Assembly: GCA_963836185.1 (NCBI GenBank)
Contig: CAWIIQ010000001.1
Location: 352,001-416,000 of the forward strand
DNA length: 64,000 nucleotides
Direction of reading: 5' to 3'
Source: Candidatus Krumholzibacteriia bacterium
GTDB taxonomy: Bacteria; Krumholzibacteriota; Krumholzibacteriia; Krumholzibacteriales; Krumholzibacteriaceae
Program-made: the position numbers and the translations under genes
Shown: one piece after another, positions 27,703 through 37,440 of the stretch
How positions within the stretch are numbered: position 1 is the first letter of the stretch
Layout of the letters: each line of letters opens with the position of its first letter
The notes under the pieces: generated by a model
Database searches by the model: none
What the model saw: the letters and a program-made list of their open reading frames with translations, nothing else
Told to the model about the DNA's origin: nothing

Positions 27703-30700
27703 ATGAAGCGTGTATTCCGTTCCGTGATTATAGCCATATTGATGGTAACCGGCATCGTATTGGCTGTGCATTCCCTGGAAAAGGACAGGATCACGCAGCG
27801 AGAACCAGTTATATCGACAGGCGGTGTCCGTCCTGCCGCGAAGCTGGTGCCTGCCGCGCCATCGGCGATCGACACCTTCGTCCACGCATTCTACGATTTT
27901 GAGGACGGAATCGGGGGCCCTGATCCGCAGGGGTGGACGACCGAGGACATCTCAAACGACCCGCAGGACGGGACATTCTTCCATATCGACGACTTTGTCG
28001 GGCTGGCCGGGTACGCTCCGCTGGTCGGCGCACAATCCCTCTGGTGCGGGGCACGTCCCGATTCCGAAGCGCTCTGCCTGTACGAGACGCTGCCCGGGTA
28101 CGGGCTGTACTGGAAGCAGGCATTCGAGTCCCGCACGTTCTCCGTCTCAGGGGAAATAAATGTCAGCTTTCAGATCAGGTACGACCTGGAACAGGCATAC
28201 GACTACGCCTGGTTTCAGTACGAATCGATTACCGGAGGCTGGCGCAATCTGGCAGAGTTCACCCACGTTGGCCTCGAAACTATTCATGTGACTATCCCGG
28301 ATGACAGTGTGGGGAGCTATACGCGGTTTCGCTTCTACGTCGAATCAGACAGTTACGGCTCGGACGAGGACGGTCATTACGACTCGGACGGAGCGATCGT
28401 CGTAGACGACCTGTTAATCACCGACATTGGCGGAACGGTCGATTCCCAGGACTTCGAGGGAGGAGCGCCGGGAGATCTCACCACTGCCGACGGCGACTGG
28501 ACGGCGGTCGTGTTTGAACTACGGTTTTTCGGAGACTACGGGGCGCTGCTTGACGGCACGACGGTTCTGCAGGAAGACCCGCTCATCTACAACGACACTC
28601 ATCTCTGGGGATTCTTCAACGGATCGACCGACGAGTACGGATGCGGGAGCCACCCGGAGCAGATGGCGGTGCCGTTCGGTAAGGCGCCCTACCATATTGA
28701 GGACTACCTTCACAATTCCACCCGGTCCCCGATGATCGACCTTTCGCGTACCGTCACCGGGGGGTACGCTCCACCCGACACCGGTATGCTGATCCTGGAG
28801 TTCGACGTCTATCGCGACCTGCCCATCGACAATCTTGTCCTGTTCGACTATAACTACCGGTTCATGGTCGATGGATGCTCGACAATCTGGAGATCTGACA
28901 TCTATATATACTCGGGGCTGGAGCCGTACGGCTGGGAAACAGTCAGTTTCGAGATACCGATGGAGCCTGGAGCAACGCATGTCCAGATCGAGCTCGTAGC
29001 TCGGGACATGTATCCTTTCTGGTACCCTTCCATCGGGTCCGGAGCTTGTCACAATCACGCGCCACTTTTCGACAACGTCAAACTATCCCGGATCTTGAAT
29101 CTCTTCCTCGTGACCAACACGGATGACAGCGGGGCGGGATCGCTGCGGCAGGCGATCCTCGACGCCAACGCGGAGCCGGACCTGTCCTGCATAGCTTTCA
29201 ACATTCCCGGCGGGGCCGAGAATATCATCACGCCGCTGACTCTTCTTCCGACGATCACGGCGCCGGTCGTCATCGACGGGTACACGCAGCCCGGCACTGC
29301 GGTAAATACGAATCCTCCCGATATGGAGGTAAACTCTCTGATTAAGATAACGATCGACGGATCATCGATTGGATCAGGGGTCGGCAACAACGGCCTGAAT
29401 ATACTCGCCGACAGCTGCGTCATACGCGGCCTCGCCATCCACGGGTTCGGAGATCACGGGATCAATATCGACTTTGCGATGGGGAACATCGTCGCGGGAT
29501 GCTACATCGGGACCGACTGGACCGGTATGGTTGACCTCGGGAACGAGAGCCATGGGATCTATATCATCCATTCGCCGGAAACTGCAGTCGGCGGCACGGA
29601 TCCCGAGGACCGCAACGTCATCTCGGGCAACGGCGGCACAGGCATCCAGGTCCATACGCAGGAATCCCCTAATAACGTGATACAGGGCAATTTCGTTGGA
29701 GTGGACGTCACCGGAGCCGTGGCGATGGGGAACGACGGAGGCGGCATATTCATCGGCCACTCGCCTGACGCCCTGATCGGCGGGACCGAGCCGGGAGCTC
29801 GCAACCTCATCTCTGGTAACGCCGTCGCCGGCATGTACGTAACAGGAGCATGGAGCCACGGTGCCCTGATACAGGGTAACTACATCGGCACCGACCTTAC
29901 CGGGACCCTGCCGCTGGGCAACGTTAACGGGCTGGGTGTCTACAACACCTATAATGTCACCGTAGGCGGTTCGGCATCGGGGGCCGGGAACGTCATCTCG
30001 GGTAACAGCGCGGCGGGGCTGGACCTGCAGGGCGGCGATACGTATGGAGCGGTGGTACAGGGTAACCTGATCGGCACGGATGTCACCGGTACAATCGCTA
30101 TGGGGAACAGGCACGGGGTCGTCTTGCACACGGCTCATGACAATACGATCGGCGGGACCGGCTCGGGAGAGGGGAACGTCATCGCTCACAGTACGCTGCG
30201 AGGCGTCGCTGTCGCCGTCGGGACGGGTAATGTCATTTCTGGTAACTCGATCCACTCGAACGCACAGCTCGGCATCGACCTCGAGTTTGACGGCGTTACA
30301 CCGAACGATACCGATGATTTGGATACCGGCGGCAACGGCCTGCAGAACTACCCCGTGATGACGAGTGCGGTGAATGCAGGAGATGCCATTTGGGTAGAAG
30401 GATCACTCTGGAGCAAACCGTCCACCCATTACGAGGTCGAATTCTTCGCGAGCCCCGCATGCGATGGTACAGGGTACGGCGAGGGTGAGATCTACCTCGA
30501 TTCCGTGACTTTCATAACAGGTGCTACAGGTGAGGTGGTCTTCAGTACCTGGATACTACCCCCGGATCCGGTGCCGGGCGGTTATGTCATAACTGCTACG
30601 GCGAGAGAGGTCAGCGGGGAAGGGACGTCGGAGTTCTCAAACTGCGTCGCGTACCAGAACACTCCCGCCGGCACGAACATATTAGTCGTTCCTATAGACG

Positions 30701-31374
30701 GGGAGACGGGAGAGACACCGGTCCGGGTGTTTTTCTACAATGTTACCGCTACGGGCAACACGGTGCTGGAGATCAGCGATACAGGGCCCGCTGTTCCGGG
30801 CACTTTCCAGGTGGGCGATCCGCCGACGTATTACAACCTGACCACGGATGCCACGTACGCTGATTCGATCATGATCTGCATCACATATGACGAAGACGCT
30901 GTTCCGGATGACGAGGAGAATCTGCAGATCCTGCACTGGGATACTACCCTTACGACCCCGGACTGGGTGGATGTCACACGGTTTGGGAATCCTGAGGCCA
31001 ACCAGATCTGTGGAGTAACTACTCACCTTTCGCCGTTTATACTTGCCGTACCAGATACGGAGACGGGAGTAGGGGATCTGCCGGCTGTGCCGGATGTGTT
31101 AGCCCTGCACCAGAACGTTCCGAACCCGTTCAACCCGTACACGGTGATCCGGTACGACGTGCCGGCAGGTGGTGCGAGCGTGCGTATCGCCGTCTACGAT
31201 GTCGGCGGACGGCTTGTGGCCATGCTTGTCGATGGGTATGAGCCTGAGGGAAGCAGGGAAGTCGCCTGGGATGGCAGGGGGATATCGGGCGCGCAGGTCG
31301 CGACGGGCGTCTACTTCTGCCGGATGAGCGCGGGCGAGTTCACCTCGTCGATGAAGATGGTGCTGCTGCGCTGA
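27703..31374 (+). CDS. Large secreted protein: unnamed N-terminal beta domains, right-handed beta-helix, FlgD-Ig/T9SS-like CTD
   Basis: AAGGAG RBS; VTNTDDSGAGSLRQAI; repeated GNYIGTD.TG and RNVISGN; QNVPNPFNP...GVYFCRM...MKMVLLR. Confidence 0.9.
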   Translation: MKRVFRSVIIAILMVTGIVLAVHSLEKDRITQREPVISTGGVRPAAKLVPAAPSAIDTFVHAFYDFEDGIGGPDPQGWTTEDISNDPQDGTFFHIDDFVGLAGYAPLVGAQSLWCGARPDSEALCLYETLPGYGLYWKQAFESRTFSVSGEINVSFQIRYDLEQAYDYAWFQYESITGGWRNLAEFTHVGLETIHVTIPDDSVGSYTRFRFYVESDSYGSDEDGHYDSDGAIVVDDLLITDIGGTVDSQDFEGGAPGDLTTADGDWTAVVFELRFFGDYGALLDGTTVLQEDPLIYNDTHLWGFFNGSTDEYGCGSHPEQMAVPFGKAPYHIEDYLHNSTRSPMIDLSRTVTGGYAPPDTGMLILEFDVYRDLPIDNLVLFDYNYRFMVDGCSTIWRSDIYIYSGLEPYGWETVSFEIPMEPGATHVQIELVARDMYPFWYPSIGSGACHNHAPLFDNVKLSRILNLFLVTNTDDSGAGSLRQAILDANAEPDLSCIAFNIPGGAENIITPLTLLPTITAPVVIDGYTQPGTAVNTNPPDMEVNSLIKITIDGSSIGSGVGNNGLNILADSCVIRGLAIHGFGDHGINIDFAMGNIVAGCYIGTDWTGMVDLGNESHGIYIIHSPETAVGGTDPEDRNVISGNGGTGIQVHTQESPNNVIQGNFVGVDVTGAVAMGNDGGGIFIGHSPDALIGGTEPGARNLISGNAVAGMYVTGAWSHGALIQGNYIGTDLTGTLPLGNVNGLGVYNTYNVTVGGSASGAGNVISGNSAAGLDLQGGDTYGAVVQGNLIGTDVTGTIAMGNRHGVVLHTAHDNTIGGTGSGEGNVIAHSTLRGVAVAVGTGNVISGNSIHSNAQLGIDLEFDGVTPNDTDDLDTGGNGLQNYPVMTSAVNAGDAIWVEGSLWSKPSTHYEVEFFASPACDGTGYGEGEIYLDSVTFITGATGEVVFSTWILPPDPVPGGYVITATAREVSGEGTSEFSNCVAYQNTPAGTNILVVPIDGETGETPVRVFFYNVTATGNTVLEISDTGPAVPGTFQVGDPPTYYNLTTDATYADSIMICITYDEDAVPDDEENLQILHWDTTLTTPDWVDVTRFGNPEANQICGVTTHLSPFILAVPDTETGVGDLPAVPDVLALHQNVPNPFNPYTVIRYDVPAGGASVRIAVYDVGGRLVAMLVDGYEPEGSREVAWDGRGISGAQVATGVYFCRMSAGEFTSSMKMVLLR

Positions 31375-31399
31375 CATGAAAATCAGGAGGAGGTAAGAG

Positions 31400-31585
31400 A
31401 CGATCTACGTGTGCTTCGTGCTGTTCGGTCTGGGGGCGTTGTCGTACATCATGGCGGCGTTCAACATCAGCAGCAATATGGGTGAGACATGCTCCGATAT
31501 CGCTAACGGGCTGATGCTGTTGACGGCGGTCCTTCTCCTGTTCCATGCCGCGAACTGGTGGCGGAAGCCGAAGTCGGGCGACTGA
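31400..31585 (+). CDS. 61-aa two-TM protein with ACG at the start position (possible pseudogene); its 5' end forms the right copy of repeat B
   Basis: AGGAGGAGG, 6 nt, then ACG ATC TAC GTG..., reading (M)IYVCFVLFGLGALSYIMAAF...LMLLTAVLLLFHAANWWRKPKSGD*. Confidence 0.55.
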   Translation, partial: TIYVCFVLFGLGALSYIMAAFNISSNMGETCSDIANGLMLLTAVLLLFHAANWWRKPKSGD

Positions 31586-31704
31586 GACCGGCTTTCTGAC
31601 TGCCAGCCCCCGTTCCATTACCTCGATTCCATAACGATCAACACCCGCCAGGGTGCGCCAAGCATGTCGATATCTGCCGCATTTCCGATATGCCCCAACT
31701 CTCA

Positions 31705-31733
31705 TTGAATCCCGGGTCTAAGTATGATACAAT
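31705..31733 (+). promoter_or_regulatory. Sigma70-type promoter
   Basis: TTGAAT-17 nt-TACAAT with TG extension; the 22-bp motif lies at 31670-31691. Confidence 0.7.
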
Positions 31734-31799
31734 CCTAACCAGTTCAAGCGGTTTCATTTCAAAACAAGAACCATATCGATTCCGGAGGGGGGTCGCACG

Positions 31800-34700
31800 A
31801 TGCGTTCATCTGCATTAACCATCTGTGCACATTTATGCCTTGTCATACTTGCATTTCTGACCGTTCAGCCAGCTCTTGCCGACTGGGAGGAACGCGGCAT
31901 ATCTGTAGCGCCTTATCCGACTCCATCGCCCGGGATCAATATACAGGTCGTAGCCGACGATTCCGGGGGCGCAATTACTATTTGGGAAGATCAGCGTGAC
32001 GACAGCACCGGCAGGGTTCCCTTCGCTCAGAGAACCGATGCTGACGGAAAAATACTCTGGACGATCGGTGGAGAAGCGATAGGCATTGGAACCTATTTCA
32101 CACAAGGGACAAAAGCAATTTCCGATGGGGCTGGTGGAGCGATCATAGTCTATCAGGATTCTCGCAGCGGCACTTCGAGCCTTTATGCACAAAGGATAGA
32201 TTCCGATGCAGAGGTTCAGTGGACTGCCGGGGGTGTTCAGGTGTGCACATATCCGGTTTCTATGAGCATTCCCATGATTGAGTCTGATGGAGATGGTGGC
32301 GTGATCATCATATGGAAGGATTCGCGCAACGGTAATTCCGACATCTTTGCGCAGCGGATCAACGCATCAGGTTCGGTCCAGTGGGCTGCGGAAGGTGTGT
32401 CGATCTGCACGGCAACTGGGACTCAAAATAATTTTGGTATCGTATCGGATGGAGCTGGTGGCGCCGTTGTCGCATGGACCGATCGCCGCAGTGTGACAAA
32501 CGATCATATATATGCACAGCGCATAAACGCTTCTGGAACGGTCCAATGGACTGTAGATGGCAATCCGCTCTGTACCGTGGCTGGTTATAAGAATTTCGCC
32601 AAGACCACTACCGATGAGGCGGGCGGGGCGATTGTCGTGTGGGAGGACAACCGTGATGGAAGCAGTACAAGGCATATTTACGCACAGAGAGTGAACTCCG
32701 CAGGAGCGGTCCAGTGGGTCGCAGATGCTGTTGCAATATGTTCTGTTGCAAGTACCAAGACAAATCACCAGATTATTTCTGATGGTATGGGTGGGGCAAT
32801 TTTCTCCTGGGCGGATCTGCGGAATGGAAATTATGACATATATGCCCAGCGTGTTGATGCCGCTGGAACTGTGCATTGGACAACCGACGGTTTTCCTGTT
32901 TGTACCAATGTGGAAACTCAGATCAATCCCTTCCCCGTGCCCGACGGATCGGGCGGAGTTGTCATCAGCTGGTCGGATCAGAGACCTTCTGGTGTAAACG
33001 AAGATATCTACGCGCAGCGTGTAAATGTATCCGGAACTGCGCAATGGGCGACGGATGGCGTGCCGGTCTGTTCAGGATTCGGGAGTGGCAGGGATTATTG
33101 CAGCGGCATATCTGATAGTGCGGGTGGTGCGTTCATCGTCTGGCTTGATGAGCGATATCCTTATCCCGGGATATATTCCCAGCGGATCGATGGTTCCGGT
33201 TCGCAGCTGTGGAGCACGGAAGGTACGGGCGTATGTATCGAGGTATGTTATCAGGCTGATTCGCAGATTCTTTCGGACGGAGCAGGAGGATCCTTTGTGA
33301 CTTGGACCGACCGGCGCGACGTGACCCTCAGCGACATATATATCCAGTTGATGGATGCTTCCGGAGAGGCTCAGTGGGGCAAGGATGGTCTCCCGCTCTG
33401 CGCGGAACCAGGAAATCAGAACTTCCCTCAGATTGTGTCGGATGGATCAGGCGGAGTCATAGTTACATGGCAAGACGATTCGGATGCCATTTATGCACAG
33501 AGAATAGACGCATCGGGAACGATTATATGGGCGTCAAGCGGCGTTGCGGTATCGGCAGCTGCAGGCTATGAGATGTTTCCCAGGGCGGTTTTTGACGATT
33601 CCGGAGGTGCAATCATAGTTTGGGGAGATAACAGGAATGGAAACTATGATATCTACATTCAGCGTATAGATGCCGATGGTATCAAGCAATGGACGGTCGA
33701 TGGAGTGCCTGTCTGTACAGATTTGGGCCATCAGCTGAATTTCGAGGTGATTTCGGACTCAGTCGGCGGGGCGATAGTAACATGGGAAGACTGGCGAAGC
33801 GGAACGCGTGATATATATGCCCAACGGATAAATTCCTCGGGAGCGGTCCAGTGGACGGTTGACGGCATTCCCGTCTGCGCGGCGACAGGCCATCAGTTAG
33901 AAGCAAGGCTGGCGACGGATGGATCAGGAGGTGCTTTTATAACATGGCAGGACGGGCGTGGCAGTGTCTACGAAATATACGCACAACGTATAAATAGCGC
34001 GGGAACGGTTCAGTGGGCGGTGGACGGGGTCGATGTGAGCGTGTGGGAATTTGACCATCAGTACAGTCCGGAAATCCTTGCCGACGGTTCAGGCGGTGCA
34101 TTTATCGCATGGCAGAATTACAACACCGCTGAGTACTATGCCCATGTTTACGCTCAACACATCGATGCAGCGGGAACAACAGGGTGGGGAGCTTTGGGCA
34201 ACCCCGTTTGTACAGTTGAGAATACGACACCGGCTATAAAACTTGCCGCCGATGGTGACGGAGGGGCGATCATAACATGGATCGGTTCCGGAAGCATTCC
34301 AGCCAGTATCTCTGCTCAGCGTATAGATATCTCCGGAGTCGTGCAGTGGGCGACTGATGGAATTCCTGTGAGCACTGAACTTGAGTCTGTGGAGGGTCAT
34401 CAGGTCGTATCGGATGGATCGGGCGGGGCGTTCATATCGTGGACGGGGGGAGTATCCACAGATGTCAGGATTTATCTGCAGTGGCTGACTGATTTTGGCC
34501 TGGGCCCGGTCTGCAAAGTATATCCCGAAGAAATAGTAATTCCCGGAAGTGTAGAGACAGGCGCTTATTTCGACACTACATTCAGCATCACAAATATTGG
34601 ATTGGGAACGCTTCAGGGATATGTCAGTGCGACATGTGATGGCTTCGAACTGATGTCGGGCGAAGGCTCCTTCGGTCTGTTGCATGGACAGACCCGGGTC

Positions 34701-37358
34701 GTATCAGTCAGGTTTGAACCTGCATCTTCCGGCTCATATCAGTGTACGGTCGAGACGGGAACGCATTTCTGCAGCGATGTTTCTGTCAGCGGCAGGGCAT
34801 ATAGCTGTCCACCTGATTCGGTGTTTTATGTCGATGCCGATGCTTCCGGGGCTGATGATGGCACATCCTGGATGGATGCGTTTGCCAGCTTGAGTGACGC
34901 GTTGGCGGTTGTGCCGCTGTGCCCTTCGGGCACGCAGGTCTGGGTCGCCGAGGGGACGTACCTGCCTGCGAACACGACTGGGCGGGACGCGACTTTCCAG
35001 CTGGTCAGTGGAGTGGTGGTCTACGGCGGATTTGACGGGACCGAGACGGTTCTCTCGCAGCGGGATTATTCAGCGAACGAGACGATCCTCAGTGGGGATA
35101 TCGGTGTTCTGGACGATACTTCCGACAACTGCTATCACGTAGTCACGGGTACGGGAACTGACACAACGGCCGTACTGGACGGAATCGTCGTCGAGAAGGG
35201 AAACGCGAGCCTGACTACTTTGCCGGACTGTTCCGGTGGAGGATTAACGAACTACCAGGGAAGCGCAACGGTAAGAAACTGCGTTTTCAGGAATAACAGT
35301 GCCTATTTGCACGCAGCGGGAATTTACTGCCAGCAGGGCGAACTGCGCGTACTCAACACGGTATTGGAAGACAATACCGCCGGACACTCGGGAGGAGGTG
35401 TCTATTGCAGCGACGCAACGACGTCGTTGATCGATGTTATCTGCCGCAGGAACGACGCGAACTTCGGCGGAGGATTGAGACATGGAAACGGAGCTCTGAC
35501 AATTGTAAATGCCGTCTTTTATTCAAACACCGGGTTTCAGGTCGGGGGAGGCATCTACATCTCCCATGCGTCTCCCGGATCTAAGATCGTGAACGTGAGT
35601 ATTAACTCAAACGTTGCCTGGAACGACGCCGGCGGAATCTACAACTATGCCTGCTACGACCAGCTCGAGCTGGTGAATGTGATCGCGTGGGGCAATACGG
35701 CGCCAACGCCTGAGATCCTGAACAGTTATTCCACACCGGAAATCTCGCATTCACTCATAGACGGATGCGGAGGTAGTGGGGGTGGATGGGATGCATCGTT
35801 CGGCACTGACGGCGGTGGCAACCTCGATGCTGATCCGCTCTTTTTCTCGGAGGCTGGTGGTGATCTGCGGCTTATGACCGGATCGCCCGCCCTGGACGCC
35901 GGCGACGGTACTGTCCCCGGTCTGCCTTCTACAGATATCACGGGCGCATCGAGGGTGCAGGGGCTCGAGGTAGATATGGGAGCGTACGAGGGTGCGACCG
36001 ATCCCGGCAACGTGAGGGTGACGACCAGCCCGGAAGGACTGGATCTGCTGGTGGACGGTGAATCACGGACCGGACCTTTCGATACAGTCATGGCAGTTGG
36101 AAGCGAGTTATCGATATCCGCGCCTTCGCCGCAGCCTTCCGGGGACTATGTGTACATGTTCACAAACTGGAGCGACGGGGGAGCCGCTTCGCACACCGTG
36201 ACTGCCGCGAACGCGGATACGACATTCACGGCGTATTTCGCGCAGCTGGCCGCGTTTGCGCTTGTCGATTCGATCGTCGATGTGCCGGACGACCAGGGAG
36301 GATGGGCGAGGATCTTTTTCTCGAGATCATACTACGACGATGCGGGCGAGGCGACTTACCCGATCGCGCGGTACGATATCCACCGGCGGATGGATGATAT
36401 CGGACTGGCCGCGGAGGTGATCGAGAAAGGTGAGACGATCATCGACCAGGCAGCAGTCCGCCTGCCCGACGGGAGCGAGGCGCTTCTCGCGCCGCCTGCG
36501 GATGAAGCGGGTGCGAGATACATCTCGTACGATGATCGTTTCTTCCTCGAGATAAAAGATGGTGAGCGGGAGATTATGCTCGCGCCTCCCGGCCTCTGGG
36601 AGGTTCTCGGCAACGTCTCGGCGATGCAGCAGGACAACTACGTTTACCTCGCGCCGACGCTGGCCGATTCCATGGCGACATTGACCTACACGGCCTTCTA
36701 CATCTCGGCGCATTCGACGACCCCGGCTGTCTACTTCGAGAGCCCGCCCGACAGCGGGTACTCGGTCGACAATATCGCGCCGGGCGTTCCGCTGGGACTT
36801 GCCGTCGCCTACAACACAGGCAGCGGGAACCAGCTCACCTGGGATCCAAGCGGTGAACCTGACTTCCAGTATTACCGGATCTACCGGGGTGCCGAAGAGA
36901 GCTTTGTTCCCGTGCCGGGGACGGAGGTCCACTCGACGGCCGATCCGTACTGGACCGACCCCGAACTCGACGGCTCAGGAGTCCACTACAAGGTCACAGC
37001 CGTCGATCACGCGGGGAACGAGAGCCCCGCTGCTTCGCCGTCTGTGACTACCGACAGCGGCGATCCGGGAGTGCCGAAGGCGTTCGCGCTGGGGCAGAAC
37101 GTCCCGAACCCGTTCAATCCGTCGACGACCATCTACTTCGACGTGCCCGGCGGCGGGGGAAATGTCTCGATACGGGTATTCGATGTGTCGGGCCGGCTCG
37201 TGCGGGCGCTGGTGGACGGCCGCCAGCCTGCCGGGTCGAAGTCTGTCACATGGAGCGGCACGAACGACCGGGGGCAGCGTGTCTCGAGCGGGATCTACTT
37301 CTACCGGATGACGGCGCCGGGGTTCACGCAGACAAGGAAGATGGTTCTTCTGCGTTGA
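31800..37358 (+). CDS. 1852-aa secreted protein: 16 DGxGG repeats, ASH/choice-of-anchor-D-like domain, beta-helix, B-repeat-like domain, DVPDDQGG domain, Fn3-like domain, FlgD-Ig CTD
   Basis: Intact ORF with signal peptide; repeats SDGxGGAIIxWxDxR...DIYAQRI...W...G.PVC; ends TRKMVLLR. Confidence 0.92.
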   Translation: MRSSALTICAHLCLVILAFLTVQPALADWEERGISVAPYPTPSPGINIQVVADDSGGAITIWEDQRDDSTGRVPFAQRTDADGKILWTIGGEAIGIGTYFTQGTKAISDGAGGAIIVYQDSRSGTSSLYAQRIDSDAEVQWTAGGVQVCTYPVSMSIPMIESDGDGGVIIIWKDSRNGNSDIFAQRINASGSVQWAAEGVSICTATGTQNNFGIVSDGAGGAVVAWTDRRSVTNDHIYAQRINASGTVQWTVDGNPLCTVAGYKNFAKTTTDEAGGAIVVWEDNRDGSSTRHIYAQRVNSAGAVQWVADAVAICSVASTKTNHQIISDGMGGAIFSWADLRNGNYDIYAQRVDAAGTVHWTTDGFPVCTNVETQINPFPVPDGSGGVVISWSDQRPSGVNEDIYAQRVNVSGTAQWATDGVPVCSGFGSGRDYCSGISDSAGGAFIVWLDERYPYPGIYSQRIDGSGSQLWSTEGTGVCIEVCYQADSQILSDGAGGSFVTWTDRRDVTLSDIYIQLMDASGEAQWGKDGLPLCAEPGNQNFPQIVSDGSGGVIVTWQDDSDAIYAQRIDASGTIIWASSGVAVSAAAGYEMFPRAVFDDSGGAIIVWGDNRNGNYDIYIQRIDADGIKQWTVDGVPVCTDLGHQLNFEVISDSVGGAIVTWEDWRSGTRDIYAQRINSSGAVQWTVDGIPVCAATGHQLEARLATDGSGGAFITWQDGRGSVYEIYAQRINSAGTVQWAVDGVDVSVWEFDHQYSPEILADGSGGAFIAWQNYNTAEYYAHVYAQHIDAAGTTGWGALGNPVCTVENTTPAIKLAADGDGGAIITWIGSGSIPASISAQRIDISGVVQWATDGIPVSTELESVEGHQVVSDGSGGAFISWTGGVSTDVRIYLQWLTDFGLGPVCKVYPEEIVIPGSVETGAYFDTTFSITNIGLGTLQGYVSATCDGFELMSGEGSFGLLHGQTRVVSVRFEPASSGSYQCTVETGTHFCSDVSVSGRAYSCPPDSVFYVDADASGADDGTSWMDAFASLSDALAVVPLCPSGTQVWVAEGTYLPANTTGRDATFQLVSGVVVYGGFDGTETVLSQRDYSANETILSGDIGVLDDTSDNCYHVVTGTGTDTTAVLDGIVVEKGNASLTTLPDCSGGGLTNYQGSATVRNCVFRNNSAYLHAAGIYCQQGELRVLNTVLEDNTAGHSGGGVYCSDATTSLIDVICRRNDANFGGGLRHGNGALTIVNAVFYSNTGFQVGGGIYISHASPGSKIVNVSINSNVAWNDAGGIYNYACYDQLELVNVIAWGNTAPTPEILNSYSTPEISHSLIDGCGGSGGGWDASFGTDGGGNLDADPLFFSEAGGDLRLMTGSPALDAGDGTVPGLPSTDITGASRVQGLEVDMGAYEGATDPGNVRVTTSPEGLDLLVDGESRTGPFDTVMAVGSELSISAPSPQPSGDYVYMFTNWSDGGAASHTVTAANADTTFTAYFAQLAAFALVDSIVDVPDDQGGWARIFFSRSYYDDAGEATYPIARYDIHRRMDDIGLAAEVIEKGETIIDQAAVRLPDGSEALLAPPADEAGARYISYDDRFFLEIKDGEREIMLAPPGLWEVLGNVSAMQQDNYVYLAPTLADSMATLTYTAFYISAHSTTPAVYFESPPDSGYSVDNIAPGVPLGLAVAYNTGSGNQLTWDPSGEPDFQYYRIYRGAEESFVPVPGTEVHSTADPYWTDPELDGSGVHYKVTAVDHAGNESPAASPSVTTDSGDPGVPKAFALGQNVPNPFNPSTTIYFDVPGGGGNVSIRVFDVSGRLVRALVDGRQPAGSKSVTWSGTNDRGQRVSSGIYFYRMTAPGFTQTRKMVLLR

Positions 37359-37440
37359 TCAACTGCCGGAAGGCACATCTTGACACCCGTTGAGAATGGG
37401 AATATCGTTTCCGGAGTCTTAGTGAAAAGGAATTATAGAT

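Noticed and set aside
31376-31399. ATG at 31376 with in-frame TAA as stop-codon readthrough
   Set aside because: The intervening AGGAGGAGG is better read as the RBS for a start at 31400.
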